Source: Bacillota bacterium (GTDB lineage: Bacteria; Bacillota; Clostridia; DSM-8532). Taken from it: a stretch of DNA of 64,000 nt. The notes under the pieces were generated by a model. That model saw only the letters and a list, made by a program, of their open reading frames with translations. It was not told where the DNA came from and made no database searches. The stretch is from the NCBI GenBank assembly GCA_022702935.2, contig JAKIML020000053.1:1245-65244 (forward strand), read 5' to 3'. The first letter of the stretch is position 1; the number at the start of each line of letters is the position of its first letter. A program made the position numbers and the translations under genes. Below, in pieces: positions 1 to 10,376 of the stretch.

Positions 1-17
1 CCCTCTAAAAGGAAACT

Positions 18-1844
18 ATGTTAAAGATTAAGCCGAAGACAGTTTTTACGAGAAGTATCCAGTGGCGTTTAATGATTATACTGATGCTCATCACCTTAAT
101 CCTTATGTCGGTGATCTGGGTCTTTCTTAACTTTCAGGTAGAAAGTATCTTTTACTCTGACTTTAAGGACGGTATAGAAAGCAAGTATAACGCACTGGGT
201 ATTGATGAAAGCAGTACCGATCTGAATAAGCTTTTAAATACGCTTCAAACCAATCCCCTTGTTGCGGGTGTCATTTTAGGCGAGGATAAGAGCTATACCA
301 TCATTGATAAAAAGACGGGCGAGATCCGTTATTCGTCGGATCTTGCCTATCAGGCTGACAAGATTCAGTTTCGCAACGATATCTTTAAATCAGAAAATCT
401 CCTGGCGGTAATGTCATCAACTGCCGCCAGCGGAGAGAATCAAAGCTATACCCGTTCCAAAAACGGGGATTTCTATGATTATGTAAGAAGCCAGACCCTC
501 AGCGACGGGGAGTATATCCTCTTTTTTAAGTACAGCCGTGCCAAAGCGCTCATGGTGCTGGATAAATTCAATAATATTATTTTTTGGGGTATGATTTCGG
601 CGGTTGCTGCGGCCATCGTCATAGGTTACATACTGTCAAGAACCATTACCGGGCCGATACATGATATTATGCGCAAGGCTGAGAAGATCACCGACGGTGA
701 ATTTGGCTATGCCCTTGAGGTTCGATCTGAGGATGAGCTGGGTAAACTGGCAAAGACCTTTAACTACATGTCGTTCCGACTGAAGAGCATGTTGACCGAA
801 ATCATCAGTGAAAAGAAAAAGATTGAGACAGTTCTCAACTACATGACCGATGGCATCATTGCTTATAATCGGGAAGGCCAGGTCATCCACATCAATCCTG
901 CAGCGCAGAATATTTTGGACAGCCAGGTCAGTGAGAATACATCCTTTGATGAGTTCATGCAATTACTGGGGATAGCGCTGACAAGTCAGCAAATCCAGCA
1001 GGAGCAGTTTATTCAGGATACTTCCCACAGAATTCAATATGGAGAAAAGTATTTAAAGGTGCAGTTGGCCACCTTTACCGGTGAGGATAATCACATTGAC
1101 GGCATCATCACTGTTCTGCAGGATATTACAGAGGAGCAGAAGCTTGAAAAGATGCGCCGTGAATTCGTGGCCAATGTGTCCCATGAGCTCAGGACGCCCT
1201 TGACCTCAGTCAAGAGCTATACTGAAACCCTCCTGGACGGCGCCCTTCAGGATCCGGCAACCGCCGAGCATTTTCTTGGGGTTATCAATGATGAGACCGA
1301 CCGCATGACAAGACTGGTCAAGGATCTTTTAACAATTTCCCAGCATGACGGCGGCATCAAGCTTAATTTGGAGGATGTCTCCATTTCGGATCTCACCACC
1401 AATTGTGTGGAACGTATGAAGCGGGAAGCCCAGAACAAGGGTCAGGAGCTTAAGTTGATCATTAAGCAGAATATCCCCATTATCAAGGCTGACAGGTATA
1501 GAATTGACCAGTTAATCATAAATATTATCGAGAATGCCATTAAATACACTCCGGAAAGAGGAAGGATAACCGTCCAATTGTCCTGTGAGAAGGGTAATGT
1601 GGTGATTATGGTCGAGGATAACGGCATCGGCATACCCGAGCAGGACGTTGGCAGAATATTTGAACGTTTCTATAGGGTTGATAAAGCGCGCTCCAGACAG
1701 ATGGGCGGAACGGGTCTAGGTTTGGCCATAGCCAAGGAAATCGCCGTTCTCCATGGCGGAAATATTTTTGCAAAGAGCAAATTGGGAAGAGGTACCCAAA
1801 TCTTTATTGAGTTGCCCATGAAGAAATGGCAGCAGGCTCTGTGA
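18..1844 (+). CDS. walK: WalK/VicK-type sensor histidine kinase (TM, HAMP, PAS, HisKA, HATPase_c)
   Basis: 608-aa ORF with H-box FVANVSHELRTPLTS, N-box IENAIKYTP and G-boxes VEDNGIGIP and GGTGLGLAIAKE. It is followed by YycH/YycI-sized single-TM proteins, an MBL hydrolase and rlmH, as in the Bacillus wal block. The response regulator would lie upstream of the window. Confidence 0.8.
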   Translation: MLKIKPKTVFTRSIQWRLMIILMLITLILMSVIWVFLNFQVESIFYSDFKDGIESKYNALGIDESSTDLNKLLNTLQTNPLVAGVILGEDKSYTIIDKKTGEIRYSSDLAYQADKIQFRNDIFKSENLLAVMSSTAASGENQSYTRSKNGDFYDYVRSQTLSDGEYILFFKYSRAKALMVLDKFNNIIFWGMISAVAAAIVIGYILSRTITGPIHDIMRKAEKITDGEFGYALEVRSEDELGKLAKTFNYMSFRLKSMLTEIISEKKKIETVLNYMTDGIIAYNREGQVIHINPAAQNILDSQVSENTSFDEFMQLLGIALTSQQIQQEQFIQDTSHRIQYGEKYLKVQLATFTGEDNHIDGIITVLQDITEEQKLEKMRREFVANVSHELRTPLTSVKSYTETLLDGALQDPATAEHFLGVINDETDRMTRLVKDLLTISQHDGGIKLNLEDVSISDLTTNCVERMKREAQNKGQELKLIIKQNIPIIKADRYRIDQLIINIIENAIKYTPERGRITVQLSCEKGNVVIMVEDNGIGIPEQDVGRIFERFYRVDKARSRQMGGTGLGLAIAKEIAVLHGGNIFAKSKLGRGTQIFIELPMKKWQQAL

Positions 1845-2026
1845 GTCTGAAAATGCTTTATGCAAGCGGTTTCCACGGTTCGTGATACCATAAGGTAATT
1901 GCATTTTAAAAGGTGCGTAATGGATTTGTAACACAAATTTCGGTATACTTGTAATGTACCTTAATAGGTAAATGCTACCTTTAAACGAAGTTACCTTGTA
2001 AAGCCTTGGTATCTGGAGGAATTGTT

Positions 2027-2644
2027 ATGGCAAAAAAACTGGTCTTTCTGCTGGTAACAGTGCTGGTCCTGTTGCTTGCTTCAGTGACAGCTCTGGCAGT
2101 AGAAACACAGGCACCTACTCCTGAAGCAGGTTTTACGAAAGATAAGGCTGATAAAATCAGTGTCGCCACTGGAGTCAGTATAAGCGTAAGTGAATTAGAA
2201 ACTAAATACAGTGATTTATTCTTTGGTGATGATACAACTGAGGATAAATATGTTACCTTCAAGTATGAACGTGCAATGACCTTGACTGGAAAAAGATACA
2301 ACATTACGGGTACATTTTCCGAGTCAGTACGCGATTCGCTGGTCATACTGATGTACATCAAGAAGGATGGCGTGTATGTCCCCTTAATAGATGTGGACAC
2401 GGGCTCGAATCTGTCCGAGGGGCCATCCATTATGTCCTGTTCCAAGGTTGACCTGGAACTGAGCAATACAGTACCCAACGAAATCAGAATTGTTGCTTTT
2501 TATAAGAAAGATGCCCTTAAGCTTGATGCCAGTAAGGTTCAGGTAATAGATCTGAAGATTCTGGCAAAACCGTTAACCGATAGTGATAAGATTAGAATTA
2601 TAACCATTGACCAGCTTAAAGATGTCTTGCAGCCTAGCCCATAA
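2027..2644 (+). CDS. Secreted protein of unknown function (signal peptide)
   Basis: ATG at 2027 is preceded by GGAGGA. The N-terminus MAKKLVFLLVTVLVLLLASVTALA is a typical signal peptide. I recognise no family. Confidence 0.55.
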   Translation: MAKKLVFLLVTVLVLLLASVTALAVETQAPTPEAGFTKDKADKISVATGVSISVSELETKYSDLFFGDDTTEDKYVTFKYERAMTLTGKRYNITGTFSESVRDSLVILMYIKKDGVYVPLIDVDTGSNLSEGPSIMSCSKVDLELSNTVPNEIRIVAFYKKDALKLDASKVQVIDLKILAKPLTDSDKIRIITIDQLKDVLQPSP

Positions 2645-2652
2645 GTGAGATT

Positions 2653-4083
2653 ATGATGAAGCACAGAATTGAAAAGCTGAAAACACAGCTCTTAATCGTT
2701 CTTGTCATTCTAAGCTTGGTTCAATTAGGAATCCATTGGAATCAACAGGCCCAAGGATTCCTTTCTCGTTTTGTAGGGTCATTTTTTGGCGGCAGCGATT
2801 TTCCTACCACCAATGTGGACAAGACCAAGTTTCTCTATTTCATGCCCAAGGACATCACTGTCTCTGTTGGCCAGACCAATTCCCGATGGCGGTTTACCAA
2901 AGGCGACACTTATTACACAAGCATATGGGATGATGTGAGAAATCATTATCTTCCTGCCATTATAAAAAAGAAGCCTGCCAAGGTTCTTTCCAAGGAGCAA
3001 TGGGAGTCAGTCATTGCTAAAAGCTGTATAAGGATCGAATTTAACGTCAAATGGCCCAATGATGTTATCTATTGGCTGGAGGATGTTAACCCCGGCGATA
3101 ACAGGAGCTTTGAGGCCGTTAAATCCATTGCCATTCTTCCTCAGGAGGATGTCAATGAAACCATCAATGTGCTATACATCTATGATGAGAAGCAGGTCTA
3201 TCAGTACCAGGTGGATGTGGAAAAAAACTACTTGCCCAAGCGATTTTATTCGGAACTGGTTAAGAATCTGCGTTCTCAGGAAGTGCCCAGCTTAAGTCTT
3301 TTAACCTCGGTCACCAATTTTAAAGCCTCTGAGGAAATCCTTGTTTCACTGGAAAGAAGAATGACCGAGTTTCCGATGCTTTCCCTTGAGATTCCTGAGT
3401 CTATTCGGCTTAACAGAGAAAACATAGAAAGCGAGAGTATTCAGGATCAAATCCTTCTGGAGCAAAAGGTCACCTTGACTGCCAAGTATAACGAAGTGGC
3501 CGGTGAAGCCTGGTTCACCGATACAGAAAACCTTTATAAGCTGTACAGCAACGGCCTTCTTCAGTATAATTATCTGTCTACCCCCAACCGGGGAGCGGGT
3601 TCGGCCTCATCAGCCTTCAGCCAGGCCCTCTCATTTATTGAGTTGCGCAGGCATCTTCTGGGGGATGTGGATCTTTCCCTTTCCTATTTTAAGAAGGATG
3701 AACAGGATCGCTATTATGAGATGCATTTTTCCTATCAATTGGATGGCATCCCCATTCATTATGGTGGTGCCCAGAGTACGGACAGGATAAGTGCACCCCT
3801 CATCATAAAGGCCAATGCGGATCGGGTGCTTGAATGCTCCTGGGTGATTCGCTCCATAACCCGTACAGGAATGACAGGGGAGTATAGCCTTTATTTTCCC
3901 AATATCCCCATTCCCATCGCCTATCTTTCCGACTTCCAAAAGGAATCCAATTTGTTCACACGCATAGAGGCGGGATATTTATTTGATCTTAACCAGACTC
4001 TCAGCCCCAGGATGACACCTTATTGGATCATCAGCAATAACGAAAAAGACTATGTATTCCCATTGTCGTCAAAGGAGGATTAA
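2653..4083 (+). CDS. yycH: YycH-like regulator of WalK activity (single N-terminal TM, extracellular domain)
   Basis: 476 aa with an N-terminal TM helix (LLIVLVILSLVQLGI). Size and position directly downstream of walK match YycH. The call is from synteny, not a motif. Confidence 0.55.
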   Translation: MMKHRIEKLKTQLLIVLVILSLVQLGIHWNQQAQGFLSRFVGSFFGGSDFPTTNVDKTKFLYFMPKDITVSVGQTNSRWRFTKGDTYYTSIWDDVRNHYLPAIIKKKPAKVLSKEQWESVIAKSCIRIEFNVKWPNDVIYWLEDVNPGDNRSFEAVKSIAILPQEDVNETINVLYIYDEKQVYQYQVDVEKNYLPKRFYSELVKNLRSQEVPSLSLLTSVTNFKASEEILVSLERRMTEFPMLSLEIPESIRLNRENIESESIQDQILLEQKVTLTAKYNEVAGEAWFTDTENLYKLYSNGLLQYNYLSTPNRGAGSASSAFSQALSFIELRRHLLGDVDLSLSYFKKDEQDRYYEMHFSYQLDGIPIHYGGAQSTDRISAPLIIKANADRVLECSWVIRSITRTGMTGEYSLYFPNIPIPIAYLSDFQKESNLFTRIEAGYLFDLNQTLSPRMTPYWIISNNEKDYVFPLSSKED

Positions 4084-4086
4084 GAA

Positions 4087-4893
4087 ATGGATTGGGCAAA
4101 AGTAAAAACCATCCTTATTATTCTCTTTATCCTTCTGAATGTTTTCCTTTTTATCACCATTATGAATAACAATACCACGCTGAGTTTTCAATCATCCTAT
4201 GCCCGCTATGCCACGGAATATCTGAAATCTAAGGATATTACCATTGCCTCGCAGATACCTAATGTAAAGGGCAAGGTGGGTGTCCTGGCCTTCGGAACCC
4301 GTTCGCTGGACATTAACGCACTTTCTGTGCTGGTCTTTGGAAAGCAAGTGGAACCCGTTGAAAAGGATGACAGGGTAATCATAAAGGAGGGTGAGGAAAG
4401 CATTATCCTTAAAGGACAGACCCTTATGCTGACCGATAAGCTTTCCCGCGGTACCGAGCTCTTTGCTGATGCGCAGAAGTTTCAGGAATCCGTCTATGGT
4501 TATCTGGGCGCCCTTGGCATTCAAAAGACCCAGCTCAGCCAGCCTTCTATAAATATGACCGAGGATCTCAGGGTATATCACTTCTATATGAAGTACAAGA
4601 ACTTCCTGCTTTTTGATCAGCCCATTTCTGTCTCCATCAACCGGGATGGTATAATGAGCCTGTCCTTGCCCACCCGCGAGGTTAAGCGTGTCCAGTCCCC
4701 CAATGAGATTCTCTCAATTTATCAGATTCTTGTCATGGGCCAGGTTCCTCAGAACAGCACCATAACACAGGTGGAGTTCGGTTTTAAGAAAACCGGACAG
4801 GATGATCTCTTTGATAGTCCGGTCTGGCATATTTTGCTGGAAGATGGACAATCCCTCTTTTATAATGCCTATACAGGTGAAAAAGTTTTATAA
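4087..4893 (+). CDS. yycI: YycI-like regulator of WalK activity
   Basis: 268 aa with an N-terminal TM helix (ILIILFILLNVFLFITI). It starts 4 nt after the yycH-like stop. Size and order match YycI. Confidence 0.55.
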   Translation: MDWAKVKTILIILFILLNVFLFITIMNNNTTLSFQSSYARYATEYLKSKDITIASQIPNVKGKVGVLAFGTRSLDINALSVLVFGKQVEPVEKDDRVIIKEGEESIILKGQTLMLTDKLSRGTELFADAQKFQESVYGYLGALGIQKTQLSQPSINMTEDLRVYHFYMKYKNFLLFDQPISVSINRDGIMSLSLPTREVKRVQSPNEILSIYQILVMGQVPQNSTITQVEFGFKKTGQDDLFDSPVWHILLEDGQSLFYNAYTGEKVL

Positions 4894-4931
4894 TTGGTTA
4901 TAATTTCATATAGGGTTACTGATCGAATAAT

Positions 4932-4961
4932 TTGCGAAGATACATACATTGATGGTATAAT
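4932..4961 (+). promoter_or_regulatory. Putative sigma-A promoter for murA
   Basis: TTGCGA, an 18-nt spacer, then TATAAT. TGG immediately precedes the -10, which is extended -10 like. It lies about 45 nt upstream of the murA start. Confidence 0.4.
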
Positions 4962-5007
4962 ATCTTTTTGAGTAACTCAATGAAAAAACCGGAAGGTTGG
5001 TGTACAA

Positions 5008-6270
5008 GTGGACAGGCTTATCATCCGCGGACAGAAAAGATTAAAGGGTGAAGTCACCATAAGCGGAGCGAAGAATGCGGCCTTGGGTGTATTACCGGCA
5101 GCCCTTCTGCTAAGCGATATATGTACCATTGAAAATATTCCGGACATCTTGGATATTGCCATCCTTAAAAGGATAATGGAATCCCTGGGTGCCCGGTTTG
5201 AAGACATTGATAAAAACACTACAAGAATAGATACCCGCAACGTCAACTCCTATATGGCCACCACTGAGGATATGCATAAGCTCAGAGGCTCTTACTATTT
5301 GATGGGTGCGCTTCTTGGGCGTTTTAAAAAGGCTGTTGTGACATTCCCCGGAGGCTGTAACTTTGGTGTCCGGCCTATCGATCAGCACATTAAGGGCTTT
5401 GAATCCCTGGGTGCCAAGGTAGAGATAGAGCACGGCTTTATTAAGCTTTCGGCCAATAAGCTGGTGGGTGCCTCTATTTATCTTGATGTTGTCAGTGTGG
5501 GCGCCACCATTAACATTATGCTGGCGGCCGTCAAAGCCGAAGGTCTTACCACCATTGAAAATGCGGCCAAGGAGCCCCATATTGTTGATATTGCCAACTT
5601 CCTCAATGCCATGGGCGCTGATATTAAAGGTGCAGGTACCGATATTATCCGTATCCGCGGCGTCAAGGAACTAAAGGGCAATGTGGTTCATAGCATCATA
5701 CCCGATCAGATTGAGGCGGGGACCTTTATGATTGCAGCAGCCGCAACAAAAGGGGATGTTCTTGTCAAGAATGTTATTCCCAAGCATATGGAGTCCCTTA
5801 CCGCAAAGCTCATTGAAATGAATGTGAAGGTCGAGGAATTCGATGACAGCATTCGCGTCACAGCCAAGGATAAGCTCAACAAGGTGAACATAAAAACCCT
5901 TCCTTATCCGGGCTTTCCGACTGATCTTCAGCCACCGGCAGCTATCCTGCTTCTGAGGGCTGAAGGAACCAGCACCATTACAGAGGGTATTTTCGATAAT
6001 CGTTTCCAATACATTGAAGAATTGAAGAGAATGGGTGCCAAGATTCGTGTTGAAGGCAGAATGGCCGTTATTGAGGGCGGTTCAAAGCTTTCAGGTGCTC
6101 CTATCCAGGCGCTTGACTTAAGAGCCGGGGCGGCCTGTGTTATTGCAGGACTCATTGCCGAAGGGGAAACCGAGGTTCTGAATGTTCATTACATCGATCG
6201 CGGTTATGAGAATATGGTTGAGAAGTTCCAGCAGCTTGGCGCCGATATCAAACGAATCCGTGACAATTAG
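5008..6270 (+). CDS. murA: UDP-N-acetylglucosamine 1-carboxyvinyltransferase
   Basis: 420 aa with a GTG start. The N-terminus [25 protein letters not shown], the segment [15 protein letters not shown] (catalytic Cys loop) and the length are classic MurA. Confidence 0.95.
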   Translation: MDRLIIRGQKRLKGEVTISGAKNAALGVLPAALLLSDICTIENIPDILDIAILKRIMESLGARFEDIDKNTTRIDTRNVNSYMATTEDMHKLRGSYYLMGALLGRFKKAVVTFPGGCNFGVRPIDQHIKGFESLGAKVEIEHGFIKLSANKLVGASIYLDVVSVGATINIMLAAVKAEGLTTIENAAKEPHIVDIANFLNAMGADIKGAGTDIIRIRGVKELKGNVVHSIIPDQIEAGTFMIAAAATKGDVLVKNVIPKHMESLTAKLIEMNVKVEEFDDSIRVTAKDKLNKVNIKTLPYPGFPTDLQPPAAILLLRAEGTSTITEGIFDNRFQYIEELKRMGAKIRVEGRMAVIEGGSKLSGAPIQALDLRAGAACVIAGLIAEGETEVLNVHYIDRGYENMVEKFQQLGADIKRIRDN

Positions 6271-6287
6271 AACAATCGGGGTATGAA

Positions 6288-7079
6288 ATGATTAAGGTCT
6301 GCAGTTTGTTCAGTGGATCAAGCGGCAATTGCATATTTGTTTCCCATCAGGACACTGCATTGTTGGTCGATGCCGGTGTCAGCGGCAGAAGAATTGAAGA
6401 GGCCCTGAAAGGCATTGGCGAGTCCTTCGAGAAAATTGTGGGCATCTTCATTACCCATGAGCACAGTGATCATATCTCGGGTGCCGGAATTCTGGCAAGG
6501 CGGCATAAGGTGCCCATCTATGCCAACGAGTTAACATGGAAGGCCATGCGTCCTTTCATGGGCAAGCTTCCCCCTGATTGCATCCGTTATGTCAATGTGG
6601 GTGAAACCCTGAACTTGGGTGAGATTGAAGTCAGGCCCTTTTCCATTCCTCACGATGCCGCCTGTCCTGTAGGGTATAATTTCTTTGTAAATGGCAAAAA
6701 GGTGACCATTGCCACCGATATCGGGCATATGAATAACGAGCTTTTAGGGCATCTTACCAAGAGCGATATGATCCTGCTGGAATCCAACCACGACATTGAA
6801 ATGCTCAAAACCGGCAGATATCCATGGCCATTAAAGCGGCGCATCCTCGGAGAATACGGGCATCTGTGCAATGATATGGCCGGCAAGGTGGTTGCCTATC
6901 TGGCCCAGAATGGCACCAAGTCCTTTCTGCTTGGACACTTAAGCAAGGAGAACAATTTCCCCGAGCTGGCGTATCAGACGGTTTGCAATGCGCTTATGGA
7001 AAAGTGTATCCATCCCAATAAGGACGTATATCTGGAGGTTGCTTTGAGGGACAGGGCCAGCAAGGTGCTGTACATATAA
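6288..7079 (+). CDS. walJ: MBL-fold metallo-hydrolase, YycJ/WalJ-like
   Basis: 263 aa with the HxHxDH motif as THEHSDHISG. Position in the wal block matches yycJ. Confidence 0.8.
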   Translation: MIKVCSLFSGSSGNCIFVSHQDTALLVDAGVSGRRIEEALKGIGESFEKIVGIFITHEHSDHISGAGILARRHKVPIYANELTWKAMRPFMGKLPPDCIRYVNVGETLNLGEIEVRPFSIPHDAACPVGYNFFVNGKKVTIATDIGHMNNELLGHLTKSDMILLESNHDIEMLKTGRYPWPLKRRILGEYGHLCNDMAGKVVAYLAQNGTKSFLLGHLSKENNFPELAYQTVCNALMEKCIHPNKDVYLEVALRDRASKVLYI

Positions 7080-7094
7080 GTGAGAGGAAAGGCC

Positions 7095-7574
7095 ATGAAT
7101 ATTCATATCATCGCCGTAGGAAAACTGAAGGAAGACTACTTAAAAGACGCTCAAAAGGAATATTTGAAGCGTCTTTCCCGTTTTTGTAAGGTAAATATCG
7201 TTGAGGTGGATGAAGAAAAGGCTCCCGAGAATCCAAGCCCCGCCCAGGAGGAAAAGATCAAGGCCAAGGAGGCTGAGCGCATAAGAAAGGCCCTTGGAAA
7301 GAACACAACGGTTATTGCGCTGGCTCTGGAGGGGCAGGAATGGACCTCGGTGGGCTTCTCCCAGCAGCTTAAGCACCTTATGGTGGAAGGAAAAAGCGAT
7401 ATTGCCTTCCTTATCGGTGGTTCCATAGGTCTTGATTCTTCACTGATAAAGGAGGCCGATCTCCGGTTCTGCCTTTCCAAGCTGACCTTTCCCCATCAAC
7501 TGGCTCGGATTATTTTACTGGAACAAACCTACCGGGCTTTTAAGATCATGAATGGCGAGACCTATCATAAGTAA
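7095..7574 (+). CDS. rlmH: 23S rRNA (pseudouridine1915-N3)-methyltransferase RlmH
   Basis: 159 aa from the ATG at 7095 (MNIHIIAVGKLKEDYL...). SPOUT-type C-terminus FLIGGSIGL...LSKLTFPHQLARIILLEQTYRA. Confidence 0.9.
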   Translation: MNIHIIAVGKLKEDYLKDAQKEYLKRLSRFCKVNIVEVDEEKAPENPSPAQEEKIKAKEAERIRKALGKNTTVIALALEGQEWTSVGFSQQLKHLMVEGKSDIAFLIGGSIGLDSSLIKEADLRFCLSKLTFPHQLARIILLEQTYRAFKIMNGETYHK

Positions 7575-7678
7575 CTGTGTTATCGGCATTAAAGGAAGGC
7601 TATATCGACCTCTTCTTTCACAGATTCTTGGTGCCAGCCAGCAAAGAAGAATTCATTACTTAAGCGAGGATATTTGTG

Positions 7679-8350
7679 ATGAACGATTTGATTTCTTTTG
7701 CAAATGCAGAGCTTGAAACTATGAATTACACCCCCCAGGGGGGGCATCTTAAGACCGGCGACATCCGAAAGCTGTCCTCAAAACTTTTCCGCATGGTCAA
7801 AGACAAGTCAAAGGAGAATGTCTTTGCCCTCTGCCAAGGGCTGCTGGACCAGAACAGTTGGCCCTTGAAGGTGGTCGCCTTTGATTTTGCGCACCGCATG
7901 AAAAAGCAGTATGATCAGAATACCTTTTCCCTTTTTCAAAGCTGGCTTGAAAACTATGTGAGAGGCTGGGGGGATTGTGATGACTTCTGCACCCATGCTT
8001 TCGGTGAGCTTATTTGCCAAAACACAGCCCTTGTCAAAGACATTATCCCCTGGACACAACGGGAGGAGTTCTGGATGCGCCGGGCGGCCGCTGTTGTACT
8101 CATCCCCTCCATCCGCGATGATAAATACAAAGAAACCAATCCCCTGCAGATTGCAGATCTCTTGCTGACCGATGCGCATGATCTGGTTCAAAAGGGGTAC
8201 GGCTGGATGCTTAAGGCCCTGTCCGAAAAAGAGCCCCAGGCTGTGCGTGATTATCTTATTAAGCACAAGGACGTAATGCCGAGGGTAGCTTTCAGATATG
8301 CTCTCGAAAAGATGGACCCCGAGACAAAACAGGCACTCATGAAGCTATAA
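7679..8350 (+). CDS. DNA alkylation repair protein (AlkD-like HEAT-repeat family)
   Basis: About 223 aa with WVRRAA-like WMRRAAAVVLI and KGYGWMLKALSEKEP segments typical of the DNA alkylation repair enzyme family. GCGAGGA RBS 8 nt upstream of the ATG. Confidence 0.7.
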   Translation: MNDLISFANAELETMNYTPQGGHLKTGDIRKLSSKLFRMVKDKSKENVFALCQGLLDQNSWPLKVVAFDFAHRMKKQYDQNTFSLFQSWLENYVRGWGDCDDFCTHAFGELICQNTALVKDIIPWTQREEFWMRRAAAVVLIPSIRDDKYKETNPLQIADLLLTDAHDLVQKGYGWMLKALSEKEPQAVRDYLIKHKDVMPRVAFRYALEKMDPETKQALMKL

Positions 8351-8409
8351 CGGATGGGAGAATGGGATGGCAGGAAAGGCGTAAAACCCATTCTGCGAGG
8401 TAAAAGATA

Positions 8410-9519
8410 ATGCAAAAAGAAAGGCTCTATTACATAGACTGGCTCAGGGTGCTGGTCATCCTGTCCCTGGTACCCTTTCATGCGGCCTTGACCTATACGG
8501 GGCTGGGGGATACCTATATCAAAACCCCAATCATCGGTTTAAACACTGTCCCTCTTATGCTTATTAATATTTCTCTGGGCAGCTTTTTCATGACCCTTCT
8601 TTTCTTTATCTCGGGAATGGCCGCCTATTACTCCCTGCGAAGAAGAGGAAGCCAGGCCTTTATGTCGGAAAGAATCCGAAAGGTTCTTGTCCCGTTTCTT
8701 TTAGGATTCATTCTGCTTTGTCCTCTCCAGGCCTATTTCAAAGGCCTCTATGAAGGCTTTTTGGGAAGCCTGATAGATTTTTATGCCGAGTTTTTCTCGG
8801 AAAAAATCGTGGATTATCTGGGCTATTCCCATCTGTGGTACCTGCTTTATTTGTTTGTCTTTACCCTTCTTAGTCTGCCCTTGTTTAAAAAGTGGCTAAT
8901 AAAAGAGGATGAGCTAAAGAAGCTGTCTTCCTTCCTGTGCAAAGGTAGGAATATTTATTATCCTGTCGGCTTTATTATTGTGGCAGAGATGATCTTAAGA
9001 CCCTTCTTTCCGGGACCGCAGACCTTAATCACCGATTGGGCCAATAATGTGGTGTATTTTGCCATGATGGTTTTTGGCTTTGTCTATGCCTCCGATACCA
9101 GGATCCAGGAGCGGGTGGAGCGGCTGAAAACCCTGTCGGGACTAATCTTTCTGGCGTTAACCATTCTCTACAGCATTGTTTTTTATACGTGGCTGACCCA
9201 GGGCACAGACCTAACCGTTATCTGGGTTTTGACCAAGGGAATCTATGAATGTTCGGCCATTATCTATGTGCTCTGGCTGGGCAAAAAATACCTTAACCGG
9301 CAAAGCAAGGCTTTGGATTATCTTAATAAGGCATCCTTCACCTATTACATCTATCACTTTTTGCCCGTAAGCTTCTTTACATACTGTTTTGTTTTAAGCC
9401 CCATGAATTTGTATGTGAAGTTCTTTTTGGTTGTCCTTCTTTCCTATCTCTGCATCTTTCTGTTCTATGAGTTGGTTATAAAAAGGATTCATGGGCTTAT
9501 ACGAAGCCGGGGCCAATGA
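8410..9519 (+). CDS. Acyltransferase family 3 integral membrane protein
   Basis: 369 aa with about 10 predicted TM helices. The N-terminal motif YIDWLRVLVILSLVPFHAAL is typical of acyltransferase_3/OpgC-like proteins. Confidence 0.7.
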   Translation: MQKERLYYIDWLRVLVILSLVPFHAALTYTGLGDTYIKTPIIGLNTVPLMLINISLGSFFMTLLFFISGMAAYYSLRRRGSQAFMSERIRKVLVPFLLGFILLCPLQAYFKGLYEGFLGSLIDFYAEFFSEKIVDYLGYSHLWYLLYLFVFTLLSLPLFKKWLIKEDELKKLSSFLCKGRNIYYPVGFIIVAEMILRPFFPGPQTLITDWANNVVYFAMMVFGFVYASDTRIQERVERLKTLSGLIFLALTILYSIVFYTWLTQGTDLTVIWVLTKGIYECSAIIYVLWLGKKYLNRQSKALDYLNKASFTYYIYHFLPVSFFTYCFVLSPMNLYVKFFLVVLLSYLCIFLFYELVIKRIHGLIRSRGQ

Positions 9520-9628
9520 AATCATGCTACAGGTGGCCGTAGATAATGCCGGGGCCATTCACTTGATCAGATCCTGCGGGTTTGAGGAAACCTCGGTGAT
9601 ATATACTTTTAAGCTCATAAAGTCATGA
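9482..9628 (+). pseudogene. C-terminal remnant of a GNAT N-acetyltransferase
   Basis: The frame-2 open stretch translates to KGFMGLYEAGANEIMLQVAVDNAGAIHLIRSCGFEETSVIYTFKLIKS. This is the GNAT beta4-alpha3-beta5 tail pattern (L-V-x-x-x-N-x-x-A-I-x-L-Y/I-x-x-x-G-F). No N-terminal part exists, and it overlaps the acyltransferase 3' end. Confidence 0.45.
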
Positions 9629-9812
9629 ACGCATGCGGCTTTAAACAGCTCGACAGAAACATTCAAAAAAAGCTTCAAATTACTGCCAATAGATTTCATC
9701 ATGATATTAATGATTTAGGTCTTTATATAAAAACTTTTTCTCATTATTTCCTGTTTTAGCCAATTAGGCCCCGGATTATGGTATAGTACCTTTATATCGG
9801 GAGGTACTTTCG

Positions 9813-10376
9813 ATGAAAAAGGTTCACCCAATTATTCCGGGGCGGAGGTGCTTAGTAAAGAGGATTCTTCAAGCAAAGATGCATTTTTTGGCCAAAGGAC
9901 TTATCCAGGTGGTCCATAGCCATGAGGATCTTAAAAGGGACGTATCGGATTGGCCGGAAGGCTTTACTCTCCTCTTGGATGTTTTAGGCGATGCGCCCAG
10001 AATAGCCCTTCGGAAGTACACGGACGGGCTTTATCGAACCGATCCGTCCGCATTGATTCACTATGACCTGAGAATTTCGTTTAAAAACATTGCTATTGCC
10101 CAAAAGGTTCTGTCAGGAAGGATGGGGTTCTGCAGGGCAATGATTGAAAACCGCCTTGTTGTAGAAGGCCCTTCCGTCTATTTCACATCACTTTTAAGAT
10201 GTCTTATAAAGGCTCAGCATATTCTCTTTCGGCTTCCCAGGGATGAACGCTTGATGATTGGAAAAAGAAACAGTGTCCTTGGCCGGCTGAAGGTCTATCA
10301 AGCCATGCTTTTTGCCAAAAGCAACAGGAAGGAGGATGCTTCCGTTGATACCCAAGTACTACGAGTATTCGAATAG
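9813..10376 (+). CDS. Hypothetical protein, possibly SCP2-like fold
   Basis: 187 aa. The segment DLRISFKNIAIAQKVLSGRMGFCRAMIENRLVVEG resembles the SCP2 pattern (DL-I-x-x-x-D-x-x-x-L-x-G-K-x-x-x-x-A-x-x-x-G-K-L-K-I-x-G). It overlaps the next gene, suggesting one operon. Confidence 0.35.
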   Translation: MKKVHPIIPGRRCLVKRILQAKMHFLAKGLIQVVHSHEDLKRDVSDWPEGFTLLLDVLGDAPRIALRKYTDGLYRTDPSALIHYDLRISFKNIAIAQKVLSGRMGFCRAMIENRLVVEGPSVYFTSLLRCLIKAQHILFRLPRDERLMIGKRNSVLGRLKVYQAMLFAKSNRKEDASVDTQVLRVFE

